From NCBI GenBank assembly GCA_951406725.2, contig CATOCA020000001.1:4774001-4838000 (forward strand): a DNA stretch of 64,000 nucleotides, in the 5' to 3' direction. The notes beneath the pieces are model-generated. The model worked only from the letters and a program-made list of their open reading frames with translations, ran no database searches and was not told the origin of the DNA. Positions 11,303 through 24,024 of this stretch are shown here, in pieces. Made by a program: the position numbers and the translations under genes. The stretch comes from Octopus vulgaris (taxonomy: Eukaryota). Position 1 is the first letter of the stretch. Each line of letters opens with the position of its first letter.

Positions 11303-11810
11303 CATGATTTGGCACAGATATAAGCAAAGTAAACAAAACTTAGAGAGAAACTGTAATTAAGTGATAATTAAGTGATATAATTGCAACATTGTTAGATTAT
11401 GTAAGATGTCTTAATAGAGGACATTTACGAAGATCAATCAAATGTTTGTTTTGGATCTAAATATTGTTGAATCCTTTAGTGTTCAGATTACTCTGTTAAA
11501 TGTAATATTTTTTTATTCAAATTGTTTTGAATTAATCATGCATTATCTTATATCTTCGAGGTTTCAATGCTGCGATTGTTTATTTTTAGAATGTCAATTT
11601 AGGTTTGGTATGAGAGGCTTAATATTGCCAGTTTGGATATAAAACATATAGAATATTTGGGCCGGATATGGCCGGTTTAAACGCTAAATGGTGACAGTAT
11701 AAAATTATTGTCGAAAGCCATTGTGATTGCTGGTTGACCATTGATGTTAGGAATGTCTCTCAATAATAAAATTTAGATTGTTGATAAAGATAAAGACTTT
11801 TACTATAACA

Positions 11811-12204
11811 CTAGCAGAATCGCCCGGCGTTGCTCGGGTTTGTTTTGACCCTTTAGAACTGGAATTTTTGAAAAGTAAAATTTTGGCATTATATAGCTTG
11901 TTATTCTCTTTAAGTGAACATTTTTCTGGTTGAAATACACGGAAAAATGGCGACACATCAGTCAAAAAATCGTTAAAAAATAGGGATTTTCATAGAAAAA
12001 AAAGTAGCTTTTTGATGTAAATAATGTTTGGTCTTAACATGGTCTGATTTGAATTATATCTGCTACGGAATGACGAGCAAGGCTTCTTCTATCATATTCT
12101 CAATTTTGGTCAACTTGCGCCTCAGGGTCTCAGAGGAGATAATGTTAGTTGAAGGCTACCAAACCTGCCATACACAGACGACTTCAGCTTTATATATAGA
12201 AAGA
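11811..12204 (-). mobile_element. Non-autonomous Helitron copy 2
   Basis: Closely similar to 1059-1452; CCCGAGCAACGCCGGG hairpin followed by CTAG|T end. Confidence 0.75.
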
Positions 12205-12247
12205 TTGTTAATACTGTTGCTGTTATTTCTTATTGTATCTTTTGCAG

Positions 12248-12453
12248 GTATTTTTTTAGGAATTCCAGCAATTGACCAGGATATTATCAAGAACGTTTTC
12301 CCTTGTGACACAGTAAAACAGAGTTATCAAATGCTTTGTGAGTGGTTTATAAATTGTAAACCAGAGGAACGTACAGTTGAGACCCTCAGAAGAGGCCTTA
12401 AAGATGCTGAGTGCTTTGCTGCCCTTGAATATCTCTCATTAGATGAACGGTGA
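12248..12453 (+). pseudogene. Terminal exon encoding the C-terminal part of a death domain
   Basis: tttgCAG acceptor, phase 1; GIFLGIPAIDQDIIKNVFPCDTVKQSYQMLCEWFINCKPEERTVETLRRGLKDAECFAALEYLSLDER* matches the death-fold pattern (LG..I..I...Q.YQML..W...TV..L..AL). Confidence 0.8.
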
Positions 12454-14163
12454 ATTTCTGTGTAAATTCTACTGTTGTTTACTCCCAGGTGAATGCTGTC
12501 CAAAGAGAGACCTTTGACCAAAGTATAGAGAACCAAGAACCACATTCTCCAATGTGCCCTCCTTTACAATGATGAGGTGTGGAGTGCAGAGGAATTAGCT
12601 ACTAATTCTAGCAGATCTATCTCTTACATAAGAGATACCCTTCACTGGTTTGGTTCCTTTGTTAGAAATTAGCTTTTGAAATAAAGATAAACTTTGAAAT
12701 ATCCGTTCGTTGTTGTTGCCATACTTAATTGCCTCCTTAAACGCTTCCATTGTTATATCGGCAGATTTAACATCATCCCATATGTTGATAGTTATCTACC
12801 TTCATTTGTAGCTGAGAGTAGAATGCTTGGTACTTAAGGTTATCCGGAAAGTTCATGGCGATTATTTAAGGAAATTAGAAGAGAAAACAATATTACGTGA
12901 TTGAATATTTATTCAACTAAATATGAACCATTTTGTTGCACAACCTTTCTCCTTTCTCCATTTTTCCTTCAACATAAAGATTCCAGCATCCCAGAATTGG
13001 CTCCTATGCCAGCTTCCAAATCCTGTTTTATGATTAGGTAATATTTGTTAAACTTTAAACCTCACTAACCTTTTTCTGCAACTTTTCTGCAACAAACAAA
13101 TAACGAAGTTATTTCAAGTTACTAAATTTGGAAATATTGACCTAGTTATACTCTCCCAAAATATGTGACAGTAACAGGGATGTCCCCACAAAATTAGAGA
13201 AACAGACAGTTATATGACGTGTCACACACACACGTTTAAATACGTACACACAGGGAATAACGAGTTTAAAATGTTGTATAATAGACATATGCATGTACCC
13301 TGTATGTATATACTCATATGTATGTGTGTGTCTATGTGTGAGTGTTTCTTCGCCGATAAACATCAGAAAAGCCACCCACTCTGTCTCTCATGAAAGCTAC
13401 GTATTCATAAAATGCACCATTCTCTGTGTATGTGTGTGTTGTATCAATGTATTTACAAAAGTATGTATGCAGCGTCGCGTGTATATGACAGCTATATTAA
13501 CATTAAAATCGCATTCATGCTGATGTTCTCGCCTTCACTGATAGAATTCTCCCTCTCTCTTTGATACTCTCTTTCCGTCAAATTAATACGTTTTGCAACT
13601 TTATCATTTTAAAATTGTATTTGTTCCAATGCCCCTGGGTTGCACGTTATAGATTTTTATAGGAATCCAATTAGCTTATCACTTAACTGAATATTAGTGT
13701 AACATGAACGGAAAGTTTCGTGAATATTGGTTCATTGGTTTAAACATTAAGATGGTAAAAGTCAGACAAAAATTGTCATTCATTTATGTGTGTGTGTGTA
13801 TGCGGGTGTGTATCAGTGGCTGATTCCGTGAATGATAAAAATGAAAATTATAAATCATTGGGGTAACTATTCGCAATTTACAACGAAAAAGCAAAAGTAT
13901 TGCTAGAAATACGAGCCAAATCAACTCTTAGCCACGAGCCACTGGTTGCTTTGGTATTTCTTATAAACAGACAAGGCCAGTTGAGTTTTAACCTTTGGCA
14001 ACCACATGGAATGCATCATACATCCGAAATCATCGATGATCCGGCTCTGTCTTGCTTGCACTATGGAGCTTGTATCCCTTGCTTACTGATGGCTATGAGC
14101 CATTCTGACTCTTATTTCTAGCAATGTTGCTGCTGCTTACTAGCAACATTAGTCACTTCATAT

Positions 14164-14218
<55 letters not shown>

Positions 14219-14314
14219 ATATATGGATGTATGTATATATATATATGTATGTATATATATATATGTGTATATGTATATGTATATTATATATATATATATA
14301 TGTATATATATGTG

Positions 14315-14368
<54 letters not shown>

Positions 14369-14436
14369 ATTTAGACGACTGACCACTAAAAGTGGATAGC
14401 CTATATGCTAAACATAGACGTCAAATCGCCATTTAC

Positions 14437-14652
14437 CACGAAGACTGTGTTCTCAAGAGAAATCTCAGCAAAAAGCCAAAGTGTAAAAATAAGCGAAGAC
14501 ACATGAAAATATCCGAAATGAAAAACGATTCCCTATCTACCAATTGGTTTCACTTGTTAATATTTACGTATTTCGAACATTTTCACGTGTCTCTGCTTAT
14601 TTTTACACTTTGGATTTTTGCTGAGATTTTTCTTGAGAACCCATTCTTCGTG
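14437..14652. repeat. Imperfect inverted repeat (~83-bp arms, ~50-bp spacer)
   Basis: ttctcaagagaaatctcagcaaaaagccaaagtgtaaaaataagc versus its reverse complement in 14570-14652. Confidence 0.8.
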
Positions 14653-15046
14653 AAAAACGGGATGGACGCTTCGATTTTGTTTTGGTGCCTCGCTCTGTTG
14701 TACAGGACTATGAGGATTTGCATCCCCAACGTAATTCGTCTCTTTCCCAAACTAATGTAATACATGTCCTTGGAGTAGTAATTGTACGCGGCTGAAGAAG
14801 GCTATTGACATACAAATTACATCAATTATGCATTGATATAACCGTCTAATAAAAGCGGTTGGTGTTTACATAGGAAGCACACTGTCAGAGTTGGTTTGGA
14901 ACCAACTTTAAGTTTTTAGTCCAACATATCAACCCAAGTAATATCTAAGCCCGACACTCATTCTATCGGTACAATTTGCCGCATCGCTAAGTGAGAGGGA
15001 TGTTCACTGCGCTTGTCTAGCGTCGCTGGGACAATTAATGTATGTA

Positions 15047-15096
<50 letters not shown>

Positions 15097-15144
15097 CGTA
15101 TATATATGTATATATACGTATATATACGTATATATATATGTATG

Positions 15145-15189
<45 letters not shown>

Positions 15190-15556
15190 GTACATACATA
15201 CATACATATACACACACACACAAACACCCACACACAATCTCTCTCACGGATGCACGTACAAACACATATTCATTTACCTGCATTTATGTATGTGTGTATG
15301 TGTGTGTGTGTGTGTGAGAGAGATGGACACATAGACATAACTGTGATGGTAGTCGTTCACATTTTCCGTTGTGAGGTTTTGGGTGACTTCTTGCTTAAGA
15401 GACTTTCTGTCCTCGCCTGCTGCATTTTAATTGACAATAGAGATGTTTGATCTCCGAGTCGCTGGACATTGGGGGAAAACGGTTCTCCAGCGAAACGCAG
15501 CAGAACTGGAAAAGCATCGATATTGTAAAATTCAAATGAAGTAGCCAGACGGGTGT

Positions 15557-15587
<31 letters not shown>

Positions 15588-15841
15588 TGTTTATTTGTAT
15601 GCATTTATATGTTTGTGGTGGTCGCGGTTGGTGTTTCAGTGTGTGATGGACACATTCATACACCTGTGATGGTAGTCGTTGACAATCTTGTTTGAGCAGT
15701 TGTTTTGCATAAGAGACATCTTGTTCTCACCTGCGGTCTTTAACCTGACAATGGATCCGATTGATGTCAATGGCCCTTTGTTTTTCTACTTTTCACCTCT
15801 CAGGTGATTCTGTCAAATGGATATGATCTGCATAATGCCGA

Positions 15842-16288
15842 TTGCATAATGCCAAATCTGCATTATGCAGTTCATATCCATTTGATAGAATCACCTGTCA
15901 AAGTAATTGTGCAGTATGTTCGACAAACCCACATGTGAACTGCAAAACCAAGGGCACTGTATACCAAATTGAGTGCCAAGAAGGAGCTTGCAAGACTAAC
16001 CCAGAGTCATACATAGGTGAGACTTCTAGAAGTATCAATGATAGGTTCAAAGAACACCTGGACAACTACATTGAAAGGAAGCCAAACTCCATCTTCTACC
16101 AACATGCTGTGGACTGCCACGGGGGATCCTCAGGGAAACTTAAGTTGAACATCCTATCAACACATCCCACCGATGCAATGTTGAGACAGGTCACAGAAGC
16201 TGTTTGTATACAAGAATACAAACCTACTCTCAACCGAAAATCCGAATGGAGTAACATCCAGATCCCATTCAGGAGGACCATTCTATAA
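15842..16288 (+). mobile_element. Penelope-like element GIY-YIG endonuclease fragment (open 148-codon frame)
   Basis: CAVC..CKTKGTVYQIEC..YIGETSRSINDRFKEH..H...H..RQVTEAVCI..LNRKSEW. Confidence 0.85.
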
Positions 16289-16883
16289 CCACCTCTCTCT
16301 CTCGTTTACATGTAATCCTTACATACATGTTGCCATGCGTGGTGCTAAAACACTTATGTGCAGTTATATGTAACCGTATGGGCGTACGTTGTTCGATACG
16401 TATGTGCGTGTGTGGTGCTATAAGAAAAAATGCACATACATGCACATATGAGCATGTATGGATGTATGTATGTATTGTATATGTATGCGCTTATGCATAT
16501 ATGAAAAAAAGAAGAAAGAAAAAGAGCAGATAGGTTAATATAATGCATGTTCGATTTTTAACCGTTGCCCTTGTATACTGTGTCGTATTTTGTATGTGTG
16601 TGTGTGTGTGTGTGTGTATGTGTGTAATAGGACATATGTATGTAGAAGTGGATAAGTATATATGAGTATATAATTTAAGATTATATGTATATTTATGAGT
16701 GTGTCTATATAATTGTGTGTTCTTGCGTATATGTATATGGTTATATGTGCACAGTTGCACCGAAATGTTGTATCCATTCACAGTTAGACGATGATGAGAG
16801 GAACAAACACCCACACATATATATATGTGTGTGCGTCTATACAAACATATATGTGTGTATATAGAGAACCTTCAACAAAGTGA

Positions 16884-17115
16884 CGGCGAGCTGGCAGAAA
16901 CTTTAGCACGCCGGGCGAAATGCGTAGCCGTATTTCGTCTGTCGTTACGTTCCGAGTTCAAATTCCGCCGTGGTCGACTTTGCCTTTCATCATTTAGGGG
17001 TCGATAAATTAAGTACCAGTTACGCACTGAGGATCGATGCAATCGACTTAAATCCCTTTGTCTGTCCTTGTTTGTCCCCTCTGTGTTTAGACCCTTGTGG
17101 GTAGTAAAGAAATAT
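16884..17115 (+). mobile_element. SINE family B copy
   Basis: Near identical to 386-615. Confidence 0.85.
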
Positions 17116-17953
17116 ATAGACAACCTTCAACAAAGTAACACTGATGTACACAACTTGGACGGACACATACCAGTACACGGACATACGTTCACACGCACAT
17201 ACACATGTACACACACACACACACACAGACGCGTCTGCCCATTCTCCTAGATACTCACATACATACGTAGCACATAAGTACAATCATACATACATACCTG
17301 CGTATGGGCATACACACGTACATACGCACGTACATGTACGCACACACATACATACGCACATGCGTACGTACGTGCATACACACATACATACATACACACA
17401 TACATACGTATACATATTTAACCTGAACTAACTAGATGTAAGGGCGAAAATAAATAGTTATAGTAAAACAAAAGTTTTGTGATACTGAGATAAATGTCTG
17501 ATAATAGGTTTTAGAGTTTTGTTTTGATGGTGAGCGTCGTAAATCACTTCCTAGTTTCGGCGGGGAAGGTTGAAATTTGATATTATTGTGATGAGTGGTC
17601 AGTCTACATCTATCCATCACTATAGGTTTATAGCTTTAAGTTTATAGTGTGTATGTGCGTGCATATACACACACATACATACATACATACACACAAGCGT
17701 ATGTACGTACATACATATATACATGTATGCATGCATACATTCGTGTATACATACATACACACATACATACGTACATATATATCACGAACTAACTGTTACT
17801 TTCTCAGATGCAGCACGGATTTTTGTCAGTGAATAGGTCGCGGATTTTAGCGACGAAAATATTTTGACATATTAAACTTAAATGTTGAAGAGAACCGAAC
17901 GGCTTTTGCGTGTTTCTTAAATGGTTTACAAACACCTTCCACGCTGTAATTAT

Positions 17954-17998
<45 letters not shown>

Positions 17999-18475
17999 AC
18001 CAGGACAATTAACATAACACGAACATATTCAGACAGACACACAGACACTCACGTACACACACATACACAGACCCATACACTCGCCACACTAAACTCTGGG
18101 GCCAATTGTTTCCAAAGGAATATTTTTCTATTCTTCAGCTAAGACAGTCTCCAGGTCTTGTTGTGGTGTTGGTGGAGGATCTCGACTCCTTACTTGTTTT
18201 TTCTAAACTACACCAGTCCCAAAAACACTGAACCATGACAGACTATCCCAGAAACAAAAAATCCTTTTGATTCCACATTGCCCCCCCCCCAAACAAACGG
18301 TCACACAATTCTTTCAAATAGCAAACATTCTTTAGCTACACACAAGATAGAAAATATCAGACAGACAGGTCCGGTATTCCTCTCCAATTTTTTGTAAATT
18401 CTTAAATATATCTCCTGTGTAAAGTTGGCGATTTTTTCCTCTGTCTTCCCTTCTTTGGATCTTTCCTTTTCCTAT

Positions 18476-18510
18476 GTTTCTGACGAAGAGCTCCTCTCGA
18501 AACGTAAAAC
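18476..18510 (+). ncRNA. Minimal type I hammerhead ribozyme motif in a Penelope-type terminal repeat (~18420-18610)
   Basis: GTTT-CTGACGA-A-GAG(ctcct)CTC-GAAA-CG-TA|AAAC: stem I GUUU/AAAC, intact core, palindromic ACGU stem III. Confidence 0.65.
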
Positions 18511-18606
18511 CCTCCTCCTTCCTTCTTTCCTGAGCGTCCAATAATACTATATTTGTTCCACGTCCTCGCGTCGTGGTGTTTTCTCTTTGTGTTTTCATGT
18601 TTGTAT

Positions 18607-18807
<201 letters not shown>

Positions 18808-18849
18808 CAATAATAATTCTCTAAATGAGATATAGACAGTGACTGCTCC

Positions 18850-19199
18850 ATAATATAAGGGATATTAGCCAACCGAATATGGCTAGGGACAGGGCAGGGT
18901 GGTGGGGGTGTCACTGTTGCATTTAGCCCCAGGCGAACATCAACGTCACCAGATAGGCCGACGCCATCACGGCGTCCTCTATCTTGTTGATAATAGGCAA
19001 TACACCTTGAAACCTAGGTCCGTGTGTGTGGTATCCGCTTCTTGGTGAGTGATCTCCCTTTGCAAGATAGAGGACGCCGTGATGGCGTCGGCCTATCTGG
19101 TGACGTTGATGTTCGCCTGGGGCTAAATGCAACAGTGACACCCCCACCACCCTGCCCTGTCCCTAGCCATATTCGGTTGGCTAATATCCCTTATATTAT
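18850..19199. repeat. Apparently perfect 137-bp-arm inverted repeat with 76-bp spacer
   Basis: 18850-18986 is the reverse complement of 19063-19199. Confidence 0.95.
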
Positions 19200-19212
19200 A
19201 TATATATATATA

Positions 19213-19761
19213 TAATAGAAATATTAAAATTACTAAGTCTCTCTAAAAGAGAACAGCGGCAGCGTTCCCGGAAAATAATAGTTATCGCCATACTAATATG
19301 GCATTCTTATAAAAATAAGAAAAAAGCTGTCCGCTTATTAGCTCCATGAGGCCATCGCCTTAAGTTAGCTATTTGATACACAAACTGTATCCATATAACC
19401 TTCGAACAAGGGAGGTCAGTCGCTCCACACTACTTGACCGGCAGCTACAGACGCGTTTCGGGGTATTGCCCCATTTCAATGCAGCATAGCCAGACCAGTA
19501 GGTGTCGCTTCTGACAATCTCTGTTCGAAGGTTTTATTTACCTAGTTTCGGTGGAATACATCCACTTGTTTTCAATAATAGAAATATTAAAATTACTAAG
19601 TCTCTCTAAAAGAGAACAGCGGCAGCGTTCCCGGAAAATAATAGTTATCGCCATACTAATATGGCATTCTTATAAAAATAAGAAAAAAGCTGTCCGCTTA
19701 TTAGCTCCATGAGGCCATCGCCTTAAGTTAGCTATTTGATACACGAACTGTATCCATATAA
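19213..19761 (-). mobile_element. 1.5-copy tandem of a 363-bp unit carrying a degenerate hammerhead motif (19444-19485)
   Basis: 19213-19398 repeats at 19576-19761; minus strand reads GCTGCA-TTGAAAT-GGGG(caata)CCCC-GAAA-CGCG-TC|TGTAGC. Confidence 0.7.
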
Positions 19762-20133
19762 TTTCGTTAAGTAAATTACTCGCTTCTCCCCCCTCTGCTT
19801 AAATTCTGACCGTCCCTAAATTCCGACTGACACTTGTTCGCAGTGCCCCCCCCCAGCACCACCACCACCACCAGTACCGGATGTCTCTCTATTCTCTCCC
19901 CTCCCCCCTCTCTTTATTCCCCTCCCTTGTCCCTATGAAACGAAGTGAGCTGCTGCTGCCATTACTACTGCTGTTACCACTGCTTCTGCTGCTGCTGATA
20001 GTGATATTGCTGCTGCTACTACAACTGCTGCTGCTGCTGATGATGATGATGAATATCAGTGGCTGAAAATAAACATAAAACAAACGTAGGAAAAAGAATG
20101 AAAAATCTAATAATAATTTAACATTACTTGAAA

Positions 20134-23100
20134 AGGTAGTGGGTAGCGAACTTCTTCACTACTTCTGGGAGTGACGACCCTGCCTGACACGCGTTCCGGG
20201 CTCAGCTGGCTCCGGCTGACAGTACCCGGTATGGGCCCCTATCCAGGGTTACGGAAAGGAGACAACCTTCAAAGAAATCCGGAGTGGAGCCCCGAAGGCG
20301 GTCTAGTGTTCGACTCGACACTCTTCCGGCAGATCCTGCAACCAAGCTGGTGCCAAACGTAATGCACTGCACTCCACTGGACTACATCAGCAAGGTCGAG
20401 AGAGGAAACCTGACGATTGGGTTACTCAGGACTTTCTTATCTATAGCCCAGGCCTGCGCAAACCTGGAGAGGACACTTCAGTGCTGCTGTTAAAAGCTGC
20501 AGAATCAACACGGGAGGTAACAGTCACGAGTGATAAGTCTATTTAGATTGGCGTAAAATATGGGCGCTACGGGTTACCTCTGACGGTGGGAGGGACCTTC
20601 GTGTCCTATTGGTTAGCTACTGCCCACCTCAAGCTGGGCAGCCGCCAGTTAATAAGGTGCTGACCCGCCACAGGTCACCTGCTTCATTGGGTGCTTGAAG
20701 CTAAGAGTATGACTTGAAAAGCGGCCTGCAACCTCTGCACCAGGCAAACAACTAAAAGTCAAGAAAACACCAGTTGTGCGGTTGGCAAGCTGGAATGTGA
20801 GGACCATGTGCCCTGGAATATCTGATGATCTACTCAGGGTTGAAGACACAAGGAAAAAGGCCATCATTGACCGTGAACTAAAGAGGATCAACATAGATAT
20901 TGCTGGGCTGCAGGAGACAAGTCTCCTCAAACGGCAAACTCAAAGAGCAGGATTTCACCTCCTTTTGGCAGGAAGCGATCCAGAAGAACCTCGTCAGCAT
21001 GGCGTTGGCTTTGCAGTGAGAAACTCATTACTCTCCTCAATAGAACCACCATCAGGAGGCACTGAGCGTATCCCCTCACTGCGCCTCTCGACTTCTTCTG
21101 GCTCCGTACATCTACTCAGCATGTCTGCTCCCACTCTCTACAGCTCAGAGGAGACCAAGTACCAGTTCTACAAAGATCTCAACTGTGTCATAGAAAATAT
21201 ACCAACGACTGAAAATATCTAACCTCTGGGGGATTTTAACGCTCGCGTGGGATCTGACCATGATTCGTGGCCCATTTGTGTTGGACACTTTGGTATTGGC
21301 AACATGAATGACAATGGTCAGAGACTACTCGAATTCTGCACATACCACAACCTGTGCATCACAAACACATTCTTTACCAACAAGCCTTCCCACAAGGCAT
21401 CTTGGAGACATCCAAGATCTCACCACTGGCATCAGCTGGATCTCATCATTACATGGAGATCCTTTCTGAATTCTACTCTATTGACCCGCAGTTACCACAG
21501 CGCGGATTGTGACACAGACCACTCACTAATTTGAAGTAGGGTGAGGATTCTGCCTAAAAAAGTCCATCGCTTCAAGAAAGTGGGCCGACCACGCATTAAC
21601 ACTGCCAGAACCTCGGAACCTACACTGCGAAAATGTTTTGCTGCTTCTATCAAGGTTGCCCTCAGTAGCTGCCCAACCTCCTCTGCTGAAAGTAGGTAGA
21701 ACTATATCAGGGAAGCTTTGTATACGACATCAATAGATACTTTCGGCATGAGAGAAAGGCAAAACCCAGATTGGTTCAATGCTGGGCTCTCAGAGCTGGA
21801 GCCAGTTATCGAAGCAAAGCGTGCAGCTCTGATGCAATACAAGAGTGATTCTTCTACAAAGTCCCTCAAAGAACTCAGAAAGACACGAAATAAAACCCAA
21901 CTGACAGCCAGACGCTGTGCAAATGGGTATTGGCAGGAAATCTGTCAGAGTATCCAGTCAGCTGCTGACAGTGGCGACACCTGTGGGATGTATGCCGGTT
22001 TGAAGAAGGCCCTCGGTCCATCCACAACCAAGTCAGCCCCACTGGAGATCTCATCACGGATCAAGGCAAGCAAATGGATAGATGGGTGGAGCACTACCAG
22101 GATCTCTACTCACGGGAGACTACAGTGGCTGAGGCTGCAGTCGAGAGTCTCAAGATCTTGCCAGTCATGTGCGAACTTGACAGTCCGCCATCTATAGCAG
22201 AGCTCATCAAGGCTGTTGACTCCCTAGCAAGAAACAAGGATCCGGGAAAAGACGGCATCCCCTCAGATATCGTCAAAGCCGGCAAAAACACCATCCTGCT
22301 TCGGCATCTTCATGAGCTTCTGTGTTAGTGCTGGGAAGAGGGTACAGTCCCTCAGGATATGCGGGATGCTAACATCATTACGCTTTACAAAAACAAAGGT
22401 GACCGTGTTGATTTTAACAATTACCGTGGTATATCTCTTCTAAGCACTGTTAGAAAGACCTTTGCCCGCGTTATCCTGGCAAGGCTACAACTATTTGCTT
22501 CTCGTATCTATCCGGAATCGCAGTGTGGCTTTAGAAGAAGCAGATCAACTATCGATATGATATTCTCCGTACGCCAACTTCAGGAGAAGTCCAGAGAGCA
22601 GAAAATGCCATTATATATGGCCTTCATTGATATAAAAAAGGCTTTTGACTCGGTAAGCAGAACAGGCCTCTTCATCCTGCTCCAAAAAATCGGATGTCCA
22701 CCAAAGCTGCTGAGGATCATCAAGTCTTTCCATGATGACATGCAAGGCACCTTACAGCACAACGGTTCAACATCAGCCGCCTTCCAAATAAAAAACGGGG
22801 TAAAGCAAGGTTGTGTCCTCGCTCCTACATTGTTTGGCATCTTCTTCTCGCTCTTACTCTCACAAGCCTTTCAGACATCAGATGATGGAGTGTTTCTGCA
22901 CAGTAGAAGTGACGGGAATCTGTTCAATCTCTCGCGCTTGTGTGCCAAGACCAAAATCAGAAACGTCCTGATCAAGGAGATGCTATTTGCTGATGATGCC
23001 GCTCTGGTATCACACACAGAAGAAGCCCTCCAAAGGCTCATTGACTGTTTTGAGCAAGCATGTAACGACTTTGGCTTAGCTATCAGCCTTAAGAAGACCA

Positions 23101-23976
23101 ACATCATGGGTCAGGCTACATCGGACATCCCAAACATACATATTGGAGACCACAGTTTACCTATCTGGGCTCTACCGTCACCTACAACCTATCCCTTGAT
23201 GCTGAGCTCAATATACTCATTGGAAAGGCAGCTGCTGCGATGGCCCAACTCTCTAAACGGGCTTGGGACAACAATAAGCTGATCAAGACCACGAAAATGA
23301 AGATCTACCAGGCATGTGTACTCAGCACTCTACTGTATGGAAGTGAGACTTGAACGCTATACACACGCCAAGAGCCTCACCTAAACATCTTTCACCTGCG
23401 CTGCCTCCGAAAAATCCTCCGCATCAAATGGCAGAATCATATCCCCAACAAATATGTCCTCAGGCAAGCAGGAATACCAAGCATGTTTGCACTCCTCACA
23501 CAAAGACGTATGAGATGGCTTGGGCATGTTAGCCGTATGAAAGATGGCAGAATCCCCAAGGACATACTCTACGGAGAGCTTGCTAGGGGTACTAGGTCTG
23601 TGGTTAGACCGCTCTTACGTTACAAGGATGTTTGCAAAAGGGACATGAAGGCCTGCAACATCAATATTAGCGGTTGGGAGGCAGTTGCCGGCAACCGTGG
23701 AGAATGGCGACGTACAGTAAAAGAGGGAATACAAAGGAGTGACAGAGAGAGAGAGGAGAACTAGAAAGAAAAGAAGAGACGTAAACAAGAAACTATGACA
23801 TTACAACCAGCCAGGAACAGTCTTCGCTATATTTGCGGTACCTGCCAGAGGGAGTGTTTGTCCAGGATAGGACTACACAGCCACAGCAGGAAATGTATCA
23901 GGATATGAAATATAAAAGCCGGACTGGACTATTTTATGCGCAACTCCATTGTCTCCTGAGACAAAAAGGATGCCAA

Positions 23977-23980
<4 letters not shown>
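20134..23980 (+). mobile_element. Near full-length RTE-clade LINE (APE endonuclease + RT), inactivated
   Basis: LASWNVRT, GLQET, GDFNA, DTDHSL endonuclease motifs; NYRGISLL, QCGFR, KAFD, GVKQGCVLAP, FADD RT motifs; RTE-type 3' end tccattgtctcctgagac..gatgccaac; several stops and frameshifts. Confidence 0.92.

Positions 23981-24024
<44 letters not shown>

Larger units (their letters stand above)
820..12453 (+). pseudogene. Decayed multi-exon ankyrin repeat + RING-HC + death domain gene (Mind bomb/MIB-like C-terminal architecture)
   Basis: Exons read manually join with matching splice phases: 820-895, 3151-3293, 5022-5058 (or 5750-5786), 7328-7501, 10013-10145, 10579-10718, 12248-12453. Lesions include frameshifts, two in-frame stops, a dead acceptor (GG at 3149-3150), a dead donor (AT at 7502) and apparent internal deletions. 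Confidence 0.85.

Noticed and set aside
12028-12247. N-terminal part of the 141-aa ORF as coding
   Set aside because: It lies in a Helitron and intron; only the part after the acceptor at 12247 is death-domain-like.
14790-14830. CTGAAGAAGG as another hammerhead (also partial motifs near 15470, 50615 and 52790)
   Set aside because: No matching GAAA, UH site and stem I could be assembled.
14124-15450. Many [12 protein letters not shown] ORFs
   Set aside because: Translations of (TA)n/(CA)n repeats.
15320-15770. Two diverged ~125-bp direct repeats as duplicated exons
   Set aside because: No recognisable peptide or consistent splice sites.
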